Assembly (NCBI GenBank): GCA_965249675.1
Contig: OZ252250.1
Coordinates: 300,941-364,940, forward strand
Reading direction: 5' to 3'
Length of the DNA: 64,000 nt
Source of the DNA: Dehalococcoidia bacterium
GTDB taxonomy: Bacteria > Chloroflexota > Dehalococcoidia > UBA2979
The number at the start of each line of letters is the position of its first letter. Position 1 is the stretch's first letter. The notes under the pieces are model-generated. The model saw nothing but the letters and a program-made list of their open reading frames with translations. It was not told the DNA's origin and ran no database searches. The translations under genes were made by a program, and so were the position numbers. Positions 47,182 to 56,498 of the stretch are shown in pieces.

Positions 47182-48090
47182 ATGGGGAACCGAGTGCGCG
47201 CGCCGCGATGGTGGTCGGTGAGGAGCGTCGACGACGTGATCGGCCGGCTCCCAGTGATCGACGCTTGAACCCTTGACGTGCAAGCCGTAGACCTCCCGAT
47301 CGTTCTCACGATGGTGCTTCTGAATAGGCCGGAGTATCGCGCCGTTCTCGACGGATTGGTCGAATTCCGTCGCAGTGTCGCCGTCCACCTTGAAGACAAC
47401 GCTCTCGACGCCCCTCTGGAGAATCTCCCTTATCTCTATCAGCGGTGGTGCTTGCTTGAAGTTGTCGACTCCGCGACGCGCGTGGCACGGGAACGAGGCT
47501 TCCGGATCGTCGAGGAGCGCCTGTCCCGCCGGCGGCAGGCGGCGCTGTTTATCGAAGTGCTCCCCGCAGGGCAGCCCCTCCTCAGGTACCGACACGACGA
47601 GTCAGGCACGGAGGCCACGCTTACGCATGAGCGGACATTCGGTCGCACCGGGTCGCCCCGTTCGGTGAGCTTCCAACAGCGGCCCGACATAGTGCTCGAA
47701 GTTCGAGCGCCTGACTCCGCGCCACGGCTCTTCGTGTTCGACCCCAAGTACAAACTCGACAGCGAAGACCGTGATGACGAAGAAGGGTTGACTGGGCGTC
47801 CCAAGAAGTCCGATATCGACAAGTGCACGCGTACCGCGACGCAATACGCGAAGAGGACGGTGAGCGAGTGATTGAGTACGCGGCGATCCTCTATCCGGGC
47901 CCCAGCCGGCACTTCGGTGACGACGTTGCGGCGCTTGAGGCGGTCGCGGGGCGTGAGACCGAACTCCAGGTTGAGCTCGACTCGGTACCTGAGCGGCGCC
48001 TTGAAGACAACTACGCGGTGAGGGCCGCACCCTGCACGATTGCGTCGCCGATCGACTTCGCCTCTACCCAGGGCGATCCAGCGCACGACC
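47182..48090 (+). pseudogene. DUF2357-like PD-(D/E)xK restriction-type nuclease remnant (N-terminally truncated, with an in-frame TGA and a 1-nt deletion)
   Basis: LNRPEYRAVL..., LYQRWCLLEVV and QQRPDIVLEV...RLFVFDPKYKLD...KKSDIDK, then a frame break at 47823/47824 before (M)HAYRDAIRE...EYAAILYPG. In-frame TGA at 47266-47268. The natural 3-prime end is unclear. Confidence 0.55.
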
Positions 48091-48094
48091 GGTC

Positions 48095-48859
48095 TCAGAC
48101 CTTCTGCTGCCACTGCGCCCGCGCGAGCACAAGTCCGTCGACGGCGACGGCCCCTGCCAGCCTGAGCGCCCTTGCGACCTCGAGCATGTCGTGGCCCGTC
48201 GTGAACACATCGTCAATGACCAGGACCCGCTGGGAGACGGCCGCAGGGTCAGGTATCTGGAGGGCGGCGCGAAGCTGTTCACTCGCGATGTCGTGGCGCC
48301 GCTTCCACCCTTTCCCGCTCATTGTGTCGGTCTCCGCAGTCTTCACGATCAGCGGACGATCCCGACGAAAGGGCCAACCGCCCGGATCCTCAATCACGGC
48401 GTGTTGCACGATTCGATCGATCTGGCTCCACGAACGGTGCGCGCCAGGACCCGTGAAGGCGGGCATCGGAATCAGGGCGTCGTAGTCGTGGAACTCGTCT
48501 GCGTTCTCCTCCAGATAGCCGAGAATCACGCGCGCGAGGATGGGTGCCCATACCGTTTTCTCGTCGTACTTATACCGGCGAATGACGCGACGCATGGGGT
48601 CGGAGTCGAGTGCGACTGCGCGAACCCGCCCGTACCAGCGCTCGTCGGGCGTCCAGTTGCAGATTGGGTTGCCGCAGGGGGCATGAGGCTCCGCCAGCGG
48701 GTGGCTACAGAGTGCACAGCGCGCGAGCGGGGGCAGGTGCGTGTATCTGGACGCGCAGGTGAAGCAGATTTCGACCGAGCCCGATCTTCGGTAGGCGCAG
48801 TGCTGGCACTGGCCGAAGCCTGGAGGCTGTGGGCTGAGACTGTCGAACCGCTGTGGCAC
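48095..48859 (-). CDS. ComF-family phosphoribosyltransferase with an N-terminal double zinc ribbon
   Basis: ORF trimmed to GTG 48859, 15 nt after the dprA-like stop. CQHC..CFTC...CALC..CGNPIC Cys pairs. RRVIRRYKYDEK. PRPP loop VLVIDDVFTTGHDM. Confidence 0.8.
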   Translation of the reverse strand: MPQRFDSLSPQPPGFGQCQHCAYRRSGSVEICFTCASRYTHLPPLARCALCSHPLAEPHAPCGNPICNWTPDERWYGRVRAVALDSDPMRRVIRRYKYDEKTVWAPILARVILGYLEENADEFHDYDALIPMPAFTGPGAHRSWSQIDRIVQHAVIEDPGGWPFRRDRPLIVKTAETDTMSGKGWKRRHDIASEQLRAALQIPDPAAVSQRVLVIDDVFTTGHDMLEVARALRLAGAVAVDGLVLARAQWQQKV

Positions 48860-48873
48860 GGCGGGGCGTCTTG

Positions 48874-49824
48874 TCAGTCGCCCAAGCTGAAGGCGAGCTG
48901 CTGACGTCCATCTGTGATCTGCGCAATGCGCTCGGGCGTGCGAAGACGTTCCAGCACGTCGTCGAGGTCGGACACCTCGATGGCCCGCTGCGGGTAGCGG
49001 CGTCGGTAGCCCTGTGCCCAAGCCTGCCTGGTAACGAGCGATCTGAGCAGGAATGCGTACTTGCCATGCTCCAGCGCGAGGCGCGCCTGCATCTTCGCGC
49101 CTGACGTGCTGCCCGCCTCGATCACGACTGTCCCCTGGCTGATGCCGGACATCGTGACGTTCCGCTTCGGGAAGTTGTAGCTCGCTGGCGGGCTATCCGG
49201 CCAGAACTGCGAGACGATGGCACCCGTGGCGGCTATCCGCTCGGCCAGGCCTCGGTTCTCAGGAGGGTAGGTCCGCGTGATCCCGGAGCCGACCACGGCG
49301 ATGGTCCGGCCGCCGGCGTCGAGGGTGGCCGTGTGTGCCGTAGTGTCGATCCCGCGGGCCAGTCCGGAGACCACGGTGACACCAGCCGCGGTGAGCATCG
49401 TCGCCATCCTCTGCGCACGGGAGAGGCCTTCTGCCGACGCCTGGCGCGTACCGACGACGGCTACTGATCGCGCGTCCGATGCGCGCAGCGAGCCACGGAC
49501 GAAGAGGAACGGCGGAAGGTTGAAGACAAGCTCGAGGTTCGCTGGGTACTGCTCGTCGAGCACGCTGATTAGCCGCGCCCCTGCTTGCTCCGCGCGCTCG
49601 ATCTGGTCGTCGACCCACGCAAGACGCTCGTCTTCGGTCTCGCGCGACGAATTGATGAGTCTTCGCGCTTTCGATGCGACATCCGACCGTTCGACGGGTG
49701 TTCCCGCAAGGAGGTGACCGATGCCACCTTCGGCGAGCGCCTCGCGAGCAAGGAGGTGCCAGTCAATGCCCTTGATCGCGCAGAGGGAGAGCAGTTGCCG
49801 GACGTCTCGGGAGTCACTCATCAT
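48874..49824 (-). CDS. DprA/Smf-family (SLOG Rossmann) protein
   Basis: ORF trimmed to ATG 49824 (GGAGGTGG upstream). YPANLELVFNLPPFLFVRGSL, VAVVGTRQAS, VVSGLARGIDTTAH, FPKRNVTMSGISQGTVVIEAGSTSGA. Confidence 0.85.
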   Translation of the reverse strand: MMSDSRDVRQLLSLCAIKGIDWHLLAREALAEGGIGHLLAGTPVERSDVASKARRLINSSRETEDERLAWVDDQIERAEQAGARLISVLDEQYPANLELVFNLPPFLFVRGSLRASDARSVAVVGTRQASAEGLSRAQRMATMLTAAGVTVVSGLARGIDTTAHTATLDAGGRTIAVVGSGITRTYPPENRGLAERIAATGAIVSQFWPDSPPASYNFPKRNVTMSGISQGTVVIEAGSTSGAKMQARLALEHGKYAFLLRSLVTRQAWAQGYRRRYPQRAIEVSDLDDVLERLRTPERIAQITDGRQQLAFSLGD

Positions 49825-49879
49825 GAGTACCCGCCCACCTCCAGAGAACGACCGTTCCAAACTTAGATGCGAACACCTA

Positions 49880-50194
49880 TTAGTTGCTCCACGCGCGACC
49901 CCGAAGCAGTCCTTCGACTTCGGCTGTGAGGGGATGGACTTCTCCGGTGGCGACATCGAGAGCCTTGAGGACGCCAAGGCTGGGCTGATCACCCACTCTC
50001 CAATCAGGTTCGGGAGCCAGTTCGTTGAAGAAGACGTGGCGCCGATCCTCCCAGGTCGGCTCCTTGTCGAGGCCCGGTCCCCACCAACTGTCGCCAGCCT
50101 GGTACAGGTGCGGATACAGGCCATCGCCCTCCTGAGCCTGGACAGCCAGCAGAACGGGTATCGCTGCCAGCGATGCGAGGAGTCCGCGCGTCAT
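49880..50194 (-). CDS. Small hypothetical secreted protein (first gene of the dprA-like/comF-like operon)
   Basis: 104 aa. Signal peptide MTRGLLASLAAIPVLLAVQAQ. Coding-like codon usage. Its stop lies 55 nt upstream of the dprA-like start. No homology recognised. Confidence 0.45.
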   Translation of the reverse strand: MTRGLLASLAAIPVLLAVQAQEGDGLYPHLYQAGDSWWGPGLDKEPTWEDRRHVFFNELAPEPDWRVGDQPSLGVLKALDVATGEVHPLTAEVEGLLRGRAWSN

Positions 50195-50199
50195 GAAGC

Positions 50200-51291
50200 G
50201 AGCATAGCTGCGGCGAAGTCGAGGTTCCAGACCTCGTCTCGCTCCCGGACTTCACGAGCCGGGAGACCCTCTCAATGGGCTCCCTCGTGGTGGACGAGAG
50301 AGGCGCTCAGGTGGTGCGGCGCATGTTCACGCTGCACCCGCAGGGTCACTCGACCGCTTGCTGGTATCAGCGGCGAACGCCGAGGGACCGCGAACGAGAC
50401 TGGGCCGGCCGTTCACTCGCGGAGCTGTCGAGGAGATCCTGCGGAATCGCGTGTACACCGGAGTCTTGATCTGGTCGCCCGGAACCGCGGACGAGGATGT
50501 GGTCGATGGTGCTCACCAAGCGATTGTCGATGCGGAGGTGTTTCGCGACGTGGCAGCGGTACGACGCGAGCGGCGGACCTAGACCGGACCGAGGGGGCGC
50601 AAGGGCACAGTGCGCACCTACCCGCTCACCCGGCGCGCGTCCCGCTACTACTGCGGCGGTTCCCTTTTTCGGCGACACGGGCAGCCGGACGAACAAGCGC
50701 CGGATGCGCCACGCCGCCGGTTCGTGTGTCTATCGCCAGTCCTTTAGCTCAGACCTCCTTGAGCGGCAGGCCCGCGAGTTGGCGGTGGAGCGGCCGAGAC
50801 TGCCACCCGACAGCATCAAGCGCATCGCCATCGCCGCGACGAGAGCACCGGAGGGCAGCCATGCTGTGAAAGTGCAACGGCTGCAGAGCGCACTCGAGAA
50901 GTTGCGACAGCTATACACCTGGGACGACATCGACAAGGCCGAACACCGCAAGCGGCGCGGTGAAATTGAGCGTCAGTTGAAGGAGGTGTCCCCGAACCCA
51001 CCGGTCGAGCTCAGGAAGTTCGAGCGGGGGATGGAGTACCTCTCGCCGCTCGGCCAGACGTGGGATGACGCGCCGCTGGAGGAACGTCGCGAGATCGTCA
51101 ATCTGGTGTTTGAGGAGGTACGGATCGGAGCCAGAGGCATCCAACACGTCGAGCTTCAGGAGCCCGACCGGTCGCTCCTCAGCGCACGTGGTCGGATTGG
51201 TCGGGGAGGCCGGAGTCTCCCCGACAAACTCGACCACCTGTGGAGCCCGTCGGAAGTCACCATCGGGGGCGTTGACCGGGCGGTCGGATAG
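50200..51291 (+). pseudogene. Large serine recombinase, 3-prime fragment only (recombinase domain, zinc ribbon and coiled coil), frameshifted; the catalytic resolvase domain is missing
   Basis: LVVDERGAQVVRRMF..GHST, then a frame break, then LLVSAANAEGPRTRLGRPFTRGAVEEILRNRVYTG...AIVDAEVF. This is followed by a degenerate zinc ribbon (RYYCGGSLF in an alternate frame) and the coiled coil LQSALEKLRQLYTWDDIDKAEHRKRRGEIERQL. Confidence 0.7.
50539..51214 (+). repeat. 676-bp direct repeat, copy 1 (recombinase 3-prime end plus the 17-nt tRNA-Pro core)
   Basis: Matches 56501-57176 at a constant offset of 5962 bp. One mismatch was noticed (A/G within GCAAGGGCAC(A/G)GTG). The match ends exactly after TGGTCGGGGAGGCCGGA. 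Confidence 0.9.
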
Positions 51292-51671
51292 CGCGGGTAC
51301 AGGCTGGCAGACGTGAGAGGTCCGGGGTTCGTTGCATTCTGCACGCCCGGACCGCAATGGCAGGCACAAGTGGTGGTCTCGAGGATCGCAGGTTCGACCC
51401 TGGTGGCCCGACATCGAGCTTTGGTCCTGAGTCGGCTACTCGCGGAACGATCGCGATGAGCGGTCGGTCATGGTGGGTCGCCGGAACGCTGCCTGAAATG
51501 TTCATCAGGATAGACAAGTCCTACGGCGATGACACTTGCGTGTTCCGCGTCTAAATGGCCGCACAATCTGGACATCGGAGCGTCCCATAGTCTAATCACT
51601 GGACCCTCGGCGCTCTTCGGTCTATATTTCCTTGAAGAATTAGACTGGTTGTAGGCAGGGGACATCGTGAG

Positions 51672-52835
51672 ATGGACAGCGAACTGTTCACGAAACCATC
51701 CGGACGGCTGGTTGAAGTCGAGCGTGACCCCCCCTTGCCGACGTACGTCGCCTACGTCCCCGACCCCCTCCCTCCGGAATCCGAAGGTGGAGCGATCGCA
51801 GCCGTGGCTCGGGAGCTGGGAGAGGCCAGCCTTGCGCTCGGCCAGCTGACCGGCATCGGTGAGTTCTTCCCGAACCCCGATCTGCTCGTGCGCTCTTACC
51901 TGCGGCGCGAGGCCGTCGCAAGCTCCCGCATCGAAGGCACGATGGCTTCATTCTCCGACATCGTCTCCTTCGAAGCCGGCATACGTCCTCCGCCCGGGAG
52001 CGACGCGAAAGATGTCCTCAACTACATTACGGCTCTCAATGGCGGCCTCCGGGCTAGCCCGGACGAGGTGTTTTCGCTCGATTTCGTCCGTTCGCTCCAC
52101 AGGCAGCTGATGACGGGGGCGCGCGGTGAAGCGTTCAGCAATCCCGGGGAGTTCCGCTTCATCCAGAACCATGTCGGCATCCTGAACGGGATCGAGAACG
52201 CCACCTACGTACCACCGCCACCCGCGGAGATGCACACGGCCCTCGATCAGCTCCTTGGGTACGTGAATGCGGCGAAGCCGGGAACACCGCCGTTGGTCGA
52301 GGTCGCGTGGATGCACTACCAGTTCGAGGCGGTTCACCCCTTCCTCGACGGCAACGGCCGCGTGGGCCGCCTCCTCATCCCACTTCTCCTAGCCGCGCGC
52401 CACAAGGTCAGCCATCCGCTGCTCTATCTCAGCCCCTACTTCGAGCGACGACGGGTCGACTACTACCGGCTCTTACTCGCGGTCAGTTCGACTTCGGCCT
52501 GGGAGGAGTGGCTTCGTTTCTTCCTCGTCGGAGTGGCCGAGCAGGCGCGAGAGGCCATCTCCGCGGCACGTCAGGTGCTCGCGCTCCGAGAAGATTGGAG
52601 GGAGCAGCTCACGGCCGCTGGCGCCACTCCGTCGGCCCACCGCCTTGCCGAGCTCGTCTGCGAGTACGTGGCGGTGACGCCCAAGCTCGTCGAGCTGCGC
52701 CTCGACGTAGCTCGACAGACCGCGTACAACGCGATCCACGTGCTTGTGGACGTAGGCATCCTGGAGCCGGTGCCGGTAGGCCAGCGAGGGAGCGTCTACA
52801 TCGCCCATCGACTCGTGAGAGTCCTCAGTCCGTAG
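51672..52835 (+). CDS. Fic family protein (AMPylase-type), class II auto-inhibited, with a C-terminal winged helix
   Basis: 387 aa. Active site HPFLDGNGRVGR. The N-terminal inhibitory motif SSRIEG fits (S/T)xxxE(G/N). Appears intact. Confidence 0.9.
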   Translation: MDSELFTKPSGRLVEVERDPPLPTYVAYVPDPLPPESEGGAIAAVARELGEASLALGQLTGIGEFFPNPDLLVRSYLRREAVASSRIEGTMASFSDIVSFEAGIRPPPGSDAKDVLNYITALNGGLRASPDEVFSLDFVRSLHRQLMTGARGEAFSNPGEFRFIQNHVGILNGIENATYVPPPPAEMHTALDQLLGYVNAAKPGTPPLVEVAWMHYQFEAVHPFLDGNGRVGRLLIPLLLAARHKVSHPLLYLSPYFERRRVDYYRLLLAVSSTSAWEEWLRFFLVGVAEQAREAISAARQVLALREDWREQLTAAGATPSAHRLAELVCEYVAVTPKLVELRLDVARQTAYNAIHVLVDVGILEPVPVGQRGSVYIAHRLVRVLSP

Positions 52836-52875
52836 ACCATATGGCGTGACCGAGAGTTCAAGAACTGCTACTCGT

Positions 52876-53201
52876 CTAGAGTGTGGCAAGACCGAGGTTC
52901 ACGAGCCGGAACGCCATCGCTGACTGGCTCACGCCGTAGCGGCGAGCTAGGTTCCCAACAGCTTCGTCACCAGCGGCGTCGATACCCAGCTCGCCAACGT
53001 CGGCAAGCAGCCAGTCCCTCGGCATCAGGAGCTCTGCCGCGAACATGTGCGCCTGGATCTCCTCCCGGTCGCTTCCCGCAGCAGCCTTTTGATCTCGCCG
53101 GAAACACGAAGCGCCTGTCGACAAAGGTCTGCGGCCCATGCAGACAAAAGATGCCCGAGTTCATGCGCGATCGTGAATCGCTGGCGCACGCCGCTCTGTG
53201 C
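52876..53201 (-). pseudogene. ImmA/IrrE-family zinc metallopeptidase remnant (3-prime part; the 5-prime part continues at 55700-55780 across the IS21 insertion), also frameshifted
   Basis: RQRFTIAHELGHLL (HExxH) abuts the IS21 end. The downstream part EEIQAHMFAAELLMP is in another frame. Joining the IS flanks restores ...LPDVNSAQSGVRQRFTIAHELGH. Confidence 0.7.
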
Positions 53202-53266
53202 TGGGAATGACAACCCGTTCTGGCCCCACCTTGATCCTCTGAACTGGCCCCACCCCCGGGATGTGG

Positions 53267-54049
53267 TCAGCTGGTCGGAGCACCTCCCTTCGAGGCGGTG
53301 GTGACCCGCAGGCGATAGGACTCGCTGCCGGTCTCGATGATGTGGGCGCGGAACGTGAGCCGGTCGACGACCGCGGCGGCGAGGCGGGGGTCGGCGAAGG
53401 TGCGGCCCCACTCCGAGAACGGCGCGTTGGAGGCGACTGCCACCGAGGCCCGCTCCTCGCGCTCGGTGAGGACCTGGAAGAGCAGTTCGGCTCCGCGCGG
53501 GTCGAGGTGGACGTAGCCGAACTCGTCGAGGCAGAGCAGGTCGAGCCGGCCGTAGCGGGCGACCAGGCGTGAGAGCGTGCGCTCGTCGGCGGCTTCGGCC
53601 AGTTCGTTCACGAGCTGTGCCGCCGTCGTGTAGCGCACCCGCAGCCCGCGCTGGCAGGCGGCCATGCCGAGCCCGATCAGCAGGTGCGACTTGCCGGTGC
53701 CGCTGTCTCCGAGCAGCACGACCGGCTGGCCCGAGGCGATCCACTCGCCGCGCTCGAGCGTGGCGAGCATGGTCGGGTCGACCGTGGGGGCCGCCGCCAG
53801 GTCGAAGTCGGCGAGGTGCTTGAGCCGGGGGAAACGGGCCTCGTGGATGCGGCGCTCACGGCGGCGCGCATCGCGGTCGTCGAGCTCGGATTGGAGCACC
53901 TCGGCGAGGTAGGCGAGATGGGTGAGCCGGTCGCGCAGCGCGGCCTCGGCGAGCGCGCCGGCCTGCTGACGGACCGTGGGGAGGTGCAGCGCACGGCTGG
54001 TCGCCTCGACCTGAAGCGCCGCCGCCTGCTCGGTCACAGGTGTGCTCAT
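53267..54049 (-). CDS. istB: IS21 helper ATPase IstB
   Basis: 260 aa. Walker A LLGDSGTGKSHL and Walker B LLCLDEFGY. Its start overlaps the istA stop. Confidence 0.9.
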   Translation of the reverse strand: MSTPVTEQAAALQVEATSRALHLPTVRQQAGALAEAALRDRLTHLAYLAEVLQSELDDRDARRRERRIHEARFPRLKHLADFDLAAAPTVDPTMLATLERGEWIASGQPVVLLGDSGTGKSHLLIGLGMAACQRGLRVRYTTAAQLVNELAEAADERTLSRLVARYGRLDLLCLDEFGYVHLDPRGAELLFQVLTEREERASVAVASNAPFSEWGRTFADPRLAAAVVDRLTFRAHIIETGSESYRLRVTTASKGGAPTS

Positions 54050-55575
54050 CGCGTGCTCGCGGCGAGCAGCGCGTCGTAGCCGGCCAGGCTCGGCGCCGGG
54101 CGTTCGAAGCGCCTGAGCGCCGGCCGCTCCACAACGGCGGTCTCGCGGCGGCCGTCGGCGACGCGGCGCGCCTCGATGGCGATCAGCGCCGGGTCCACCG
54201 CGCCCAGCTGCTCCACCGCATCGAGTGCTGCGTGCACCGAGGCGGCGGGGAGGTGGCGGTGCAATAGCAGCACCTCGATGAGCGCCCGCGTCCCGGCGCC
54301 GTCACCGAGCTTGCGGCGGGCACGCTGCCAGAAGCGTTCGTGCGCGGCGGTGAAGCCACCGCCTGAGCGCGCCTGCGCGAGCGCGATCGAGCCGGGCAGC
54401 GCCCCGGGCTTGCGGGACAGCACCTCGAGGAAGTGGTCCAGCACGAGGACCTCGGATCCCTTGTGCGCGCTGCGCTCGTGGCGGGCAACCACCCGGCCCG
54501 CGACGAGGGCGGTCACGGTCCCGCCGCCCAGGCGGACGTCCACCGTGCGGCCCGCGAACGCCGCGGGGACCGAGTAGCGCGAGCCACGCACGGAGATGCG
54601 CGCCTTGCGGTCGGCCTTCGCTTGCAGTGCGACCGTGGGGTCGAAGGGTTCGGCGGGGAGGGGCCGCAGCGCGGGCCGCTCTGCCTCCGCCGTCTGGCCG
54701 ACGGTGGCGAGCCGGCCAGCGATGTGGCGGGCTCCGTCTGCGCGGTCGGCCGCCTCGAGCAGCGCGTTCAGCTCGGCCAGGCTCTCGACGCGCGGGACCG
54801 GCACGAGGTGGCGCCGGCGGAAGCGCCCGACCTCGCCCTCCACGCCCCCCTTCTCGTGCGCGCCCGCGATGCCGGGCTCGCAGAAGAAGCTGTCGAAGCC
54901 GTAGTGCGAGCGCAGTGCGGTGAAGCGGTCGCTCTCGATGCGGTCGCGCCCCAGGAGCACGCGCGTGACGGCCGAGCTCAGATTGTCGTAGCGGATCCGC
55001 CGCGGCACCCCGCCGAGGCGCTCGAGGGCGAGCGTGTGGCCCTCGAGGAACGCCTCCTGGCCCTCGCCCGGGAAGCACACGTGGACCGCCCGCCCCGAGT
55101 GCGAGAGCCGCAGCACGAACATCGACAGCTCGGTCAGCACGCCGTCCAGCCAGACGCTGACCCCGCCGAAGTCGACCTCCGCCTCCTCGCCCGGCGGATG
55201 CAACTGGGGGATCGTCACGACTGAGCGACCGGACTCCAGCTCGCGGCGCACGCGGCCGACGTAGGCGCGCACCGTCGCCTCGGCGACCGTCGCGCCGTAC
55301 TCATCGACGAGGCGCTCCCAGACCCGCCGCGCCGTGTGCCGCTGCTTGCGCGGCGCGCTCAGGTCGGCGACGAGCCACTCCCGGATGATCTCTACGTACG
55401 GACCGAGCTTCGGCGCCGCTCGAGACGCCTGCTTGCGTTGTGGCGGCAGCGCCGACTGCAGCGCCTGCCGTACCGTGCGCCGGTGCACGTGGTGGCGGCG
55501 CGCCAGCTCGCGTATGGGCAGCCCCTCCTCTCGCCATGCCCGTCGGATATCCTCGAACAACTCCACCCTCGACAC
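54046..55575 (-). CDS. istA: IS21 transposase IstA
   Basis: 509 aa. N-terminal HTH (IRELARRHHVHRRTVRQAL) and a DDE integrase core (EVDFG...YDNL...). Confidence 0.9.
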   Translation of the reverse strand: MSRVELFEDIRRAWREEGLPIRELARRHHVHRRTVRQALQSALPPQRKQASRAAPKLGPYVEIIREWLVADLSAPRKQRHTARRVWERLVDEYGATVAEATVRAYVGRVRRELESGRSVVTIPQLHPPGEEAEVDFGGVSVWLDGVLTELSMFVLRLSHSGRAVHVCFPGEGQEAFLEGHTLALERLGGVPRRIRYDNLSSAVTRVLLGRDRIESDRFTALRSHYGFDSFFCEPGIAGAHEKGGVEGEVGRFRRRHLVPVPRVESLAELNALLEAADRADGARHIAGRLATVGQTAEAERPALRPLPAEPFDPTVALQAKADRKARISVRGSRYSVPAAFAGRTVDVRLGGGTVTALVAGRVVARHERSAHKGSEVLVLDHFLEVLSRKPGALPGSIALAQARSGGGFTAAHERFWQRARRKLGDGAGTRALIEVLLLHRHLPAASVHAALDAVEQLGAVDPALIAIEARRVADGRRETAVVERPALRRFERPAPSLAGYDALLAASTR

Positions 55576-55710
55576 ACTCCTCTTCTTTCGCTCGGGGAGG
55601 TCTCAGTTGCCCGAGCGTAGCTGCTGGATGGGTCGGGGGTGGGGCCAGTTCAGAGGATCAAAACGGCCCAGATGGGGCCAAATCAGAGTAGCGTTCCCAC
55701 TGTGCGGAGT

Positions 55711-56498
55711 TCACGTCGGGCAGCGGCGGTGGCGGGCTTGCAGGTCGTCGGACAACTCCACACACACCCGGGCACGCCTACCTTCAAGCAGCTCCGCCAG
55801 GCTCGTCGACGTCATCTGGGCGCCACGGTCTGAGTGCAGCGTCAACTGCTGCGGCGAGATCCCGTTGCGGTCGCAGGCGGTGCCCACCAGCGTCCTGGCA
55901 ACCTCGGTCGACTCCGCCGGATCGACCGCCCAGGCGACGATCTTGCGGCTGAAGATGTCGATCACTACGTAGAGGTAGAACCAGCTGCGGTGGTGAGGGC
56001 CGCGGAGGCGCGAGATGTCCCACGACCAGACCTCGTTCGGGCCGCTCGCCTGCACCTGGGGTGCATGGTGGGTCGTGCGTCGGTGACCGCGACGCCGTTC
56101 TCTGACCAGGCCGCGTTCCTCGAGGATGCGGTACATCTGGCGGATCGAGCAGACGTACGAGCCCTCGTCCAGCAGCTGGTAGTAGACCTGGGCGGGCGCC
56201 TGGTCACGAAAGCGTGGTGAGCACAGCAGCTCGGCGATGTGATCGCGCAGCTGGTCGGGGATGCGTGACGGCTGCGGCTGGTGCTGCTCGCGCGGCTTCG
56301 CCTGTGACGGCCGCCTGGCGGCGGCTGCGGTCGGTCCGCTCTGAGTATCCGAAGACCCGACAGGCGCGGGCACGGCCAACCCGCTGGGCCCATGCGTCCA
56401 TAGCGGCGAGCATCTGCGCCCGCCAGTTGGCGTATGCCTGTGCTGGCCGTTCGGCTCGTGTCGGCGCTACCCGTTCTGGCTGCTCGGTCGTTGCGGCA
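55711..56498 (-). mobile_element. IS3-family element fragment (HTH plus rve transposase, frameshifted and 3-prime truncated)
   Basis: ACRVFGYSERT HTH, then LRDHIAELLCSPRFRDQAPAQVYYQLLDEGSYVCSIRQMYRIL, PNEVWSWDISRL, LYVVIDIFSRKIVAWAV and LHSDRGAQMTS. The family sequence stops after LAELLEG. A possible TG... terminus lies at 56498. Confidence 0.7.

Larger units (their letters stand above)
53202..55699 (-). mobile_element. Complete IS21-family insertion sequence (2498 bp) with a 6-bp target-site duplication CTGTGC
   Basis: The ends are TGGGAA...TTCCCA. Each terminus carries TGGCCCCA and an identical 27-nt block TTGATCCTCTGAACTGGCCCCACCCCC in inverted orientation. CTGTGC lies at 53196-53201 and 55700-55705. 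Intact istA and istB lie between the ends. Confidence 0.9.

Noticed and set aside
47167-47595. 142-aa minus-strand ORF at the island edge
   Set aside because: It is antisense to the segment whose plus-strand frame shows DUF2357-type nuclease motifs. It has no motif of its own and poor codon bias.
51380-51420. tRNA-like T-arm (GGTTCGACCCTGG) that could mark another att site or a tRNA gene
   Set aside because: The flanking stems do not pair (a G-G clash and a 6-nt loop), there is no acceptor stem or CCA context, and no D or anticodon arm could be drawn. At best it is a decayed fragment.
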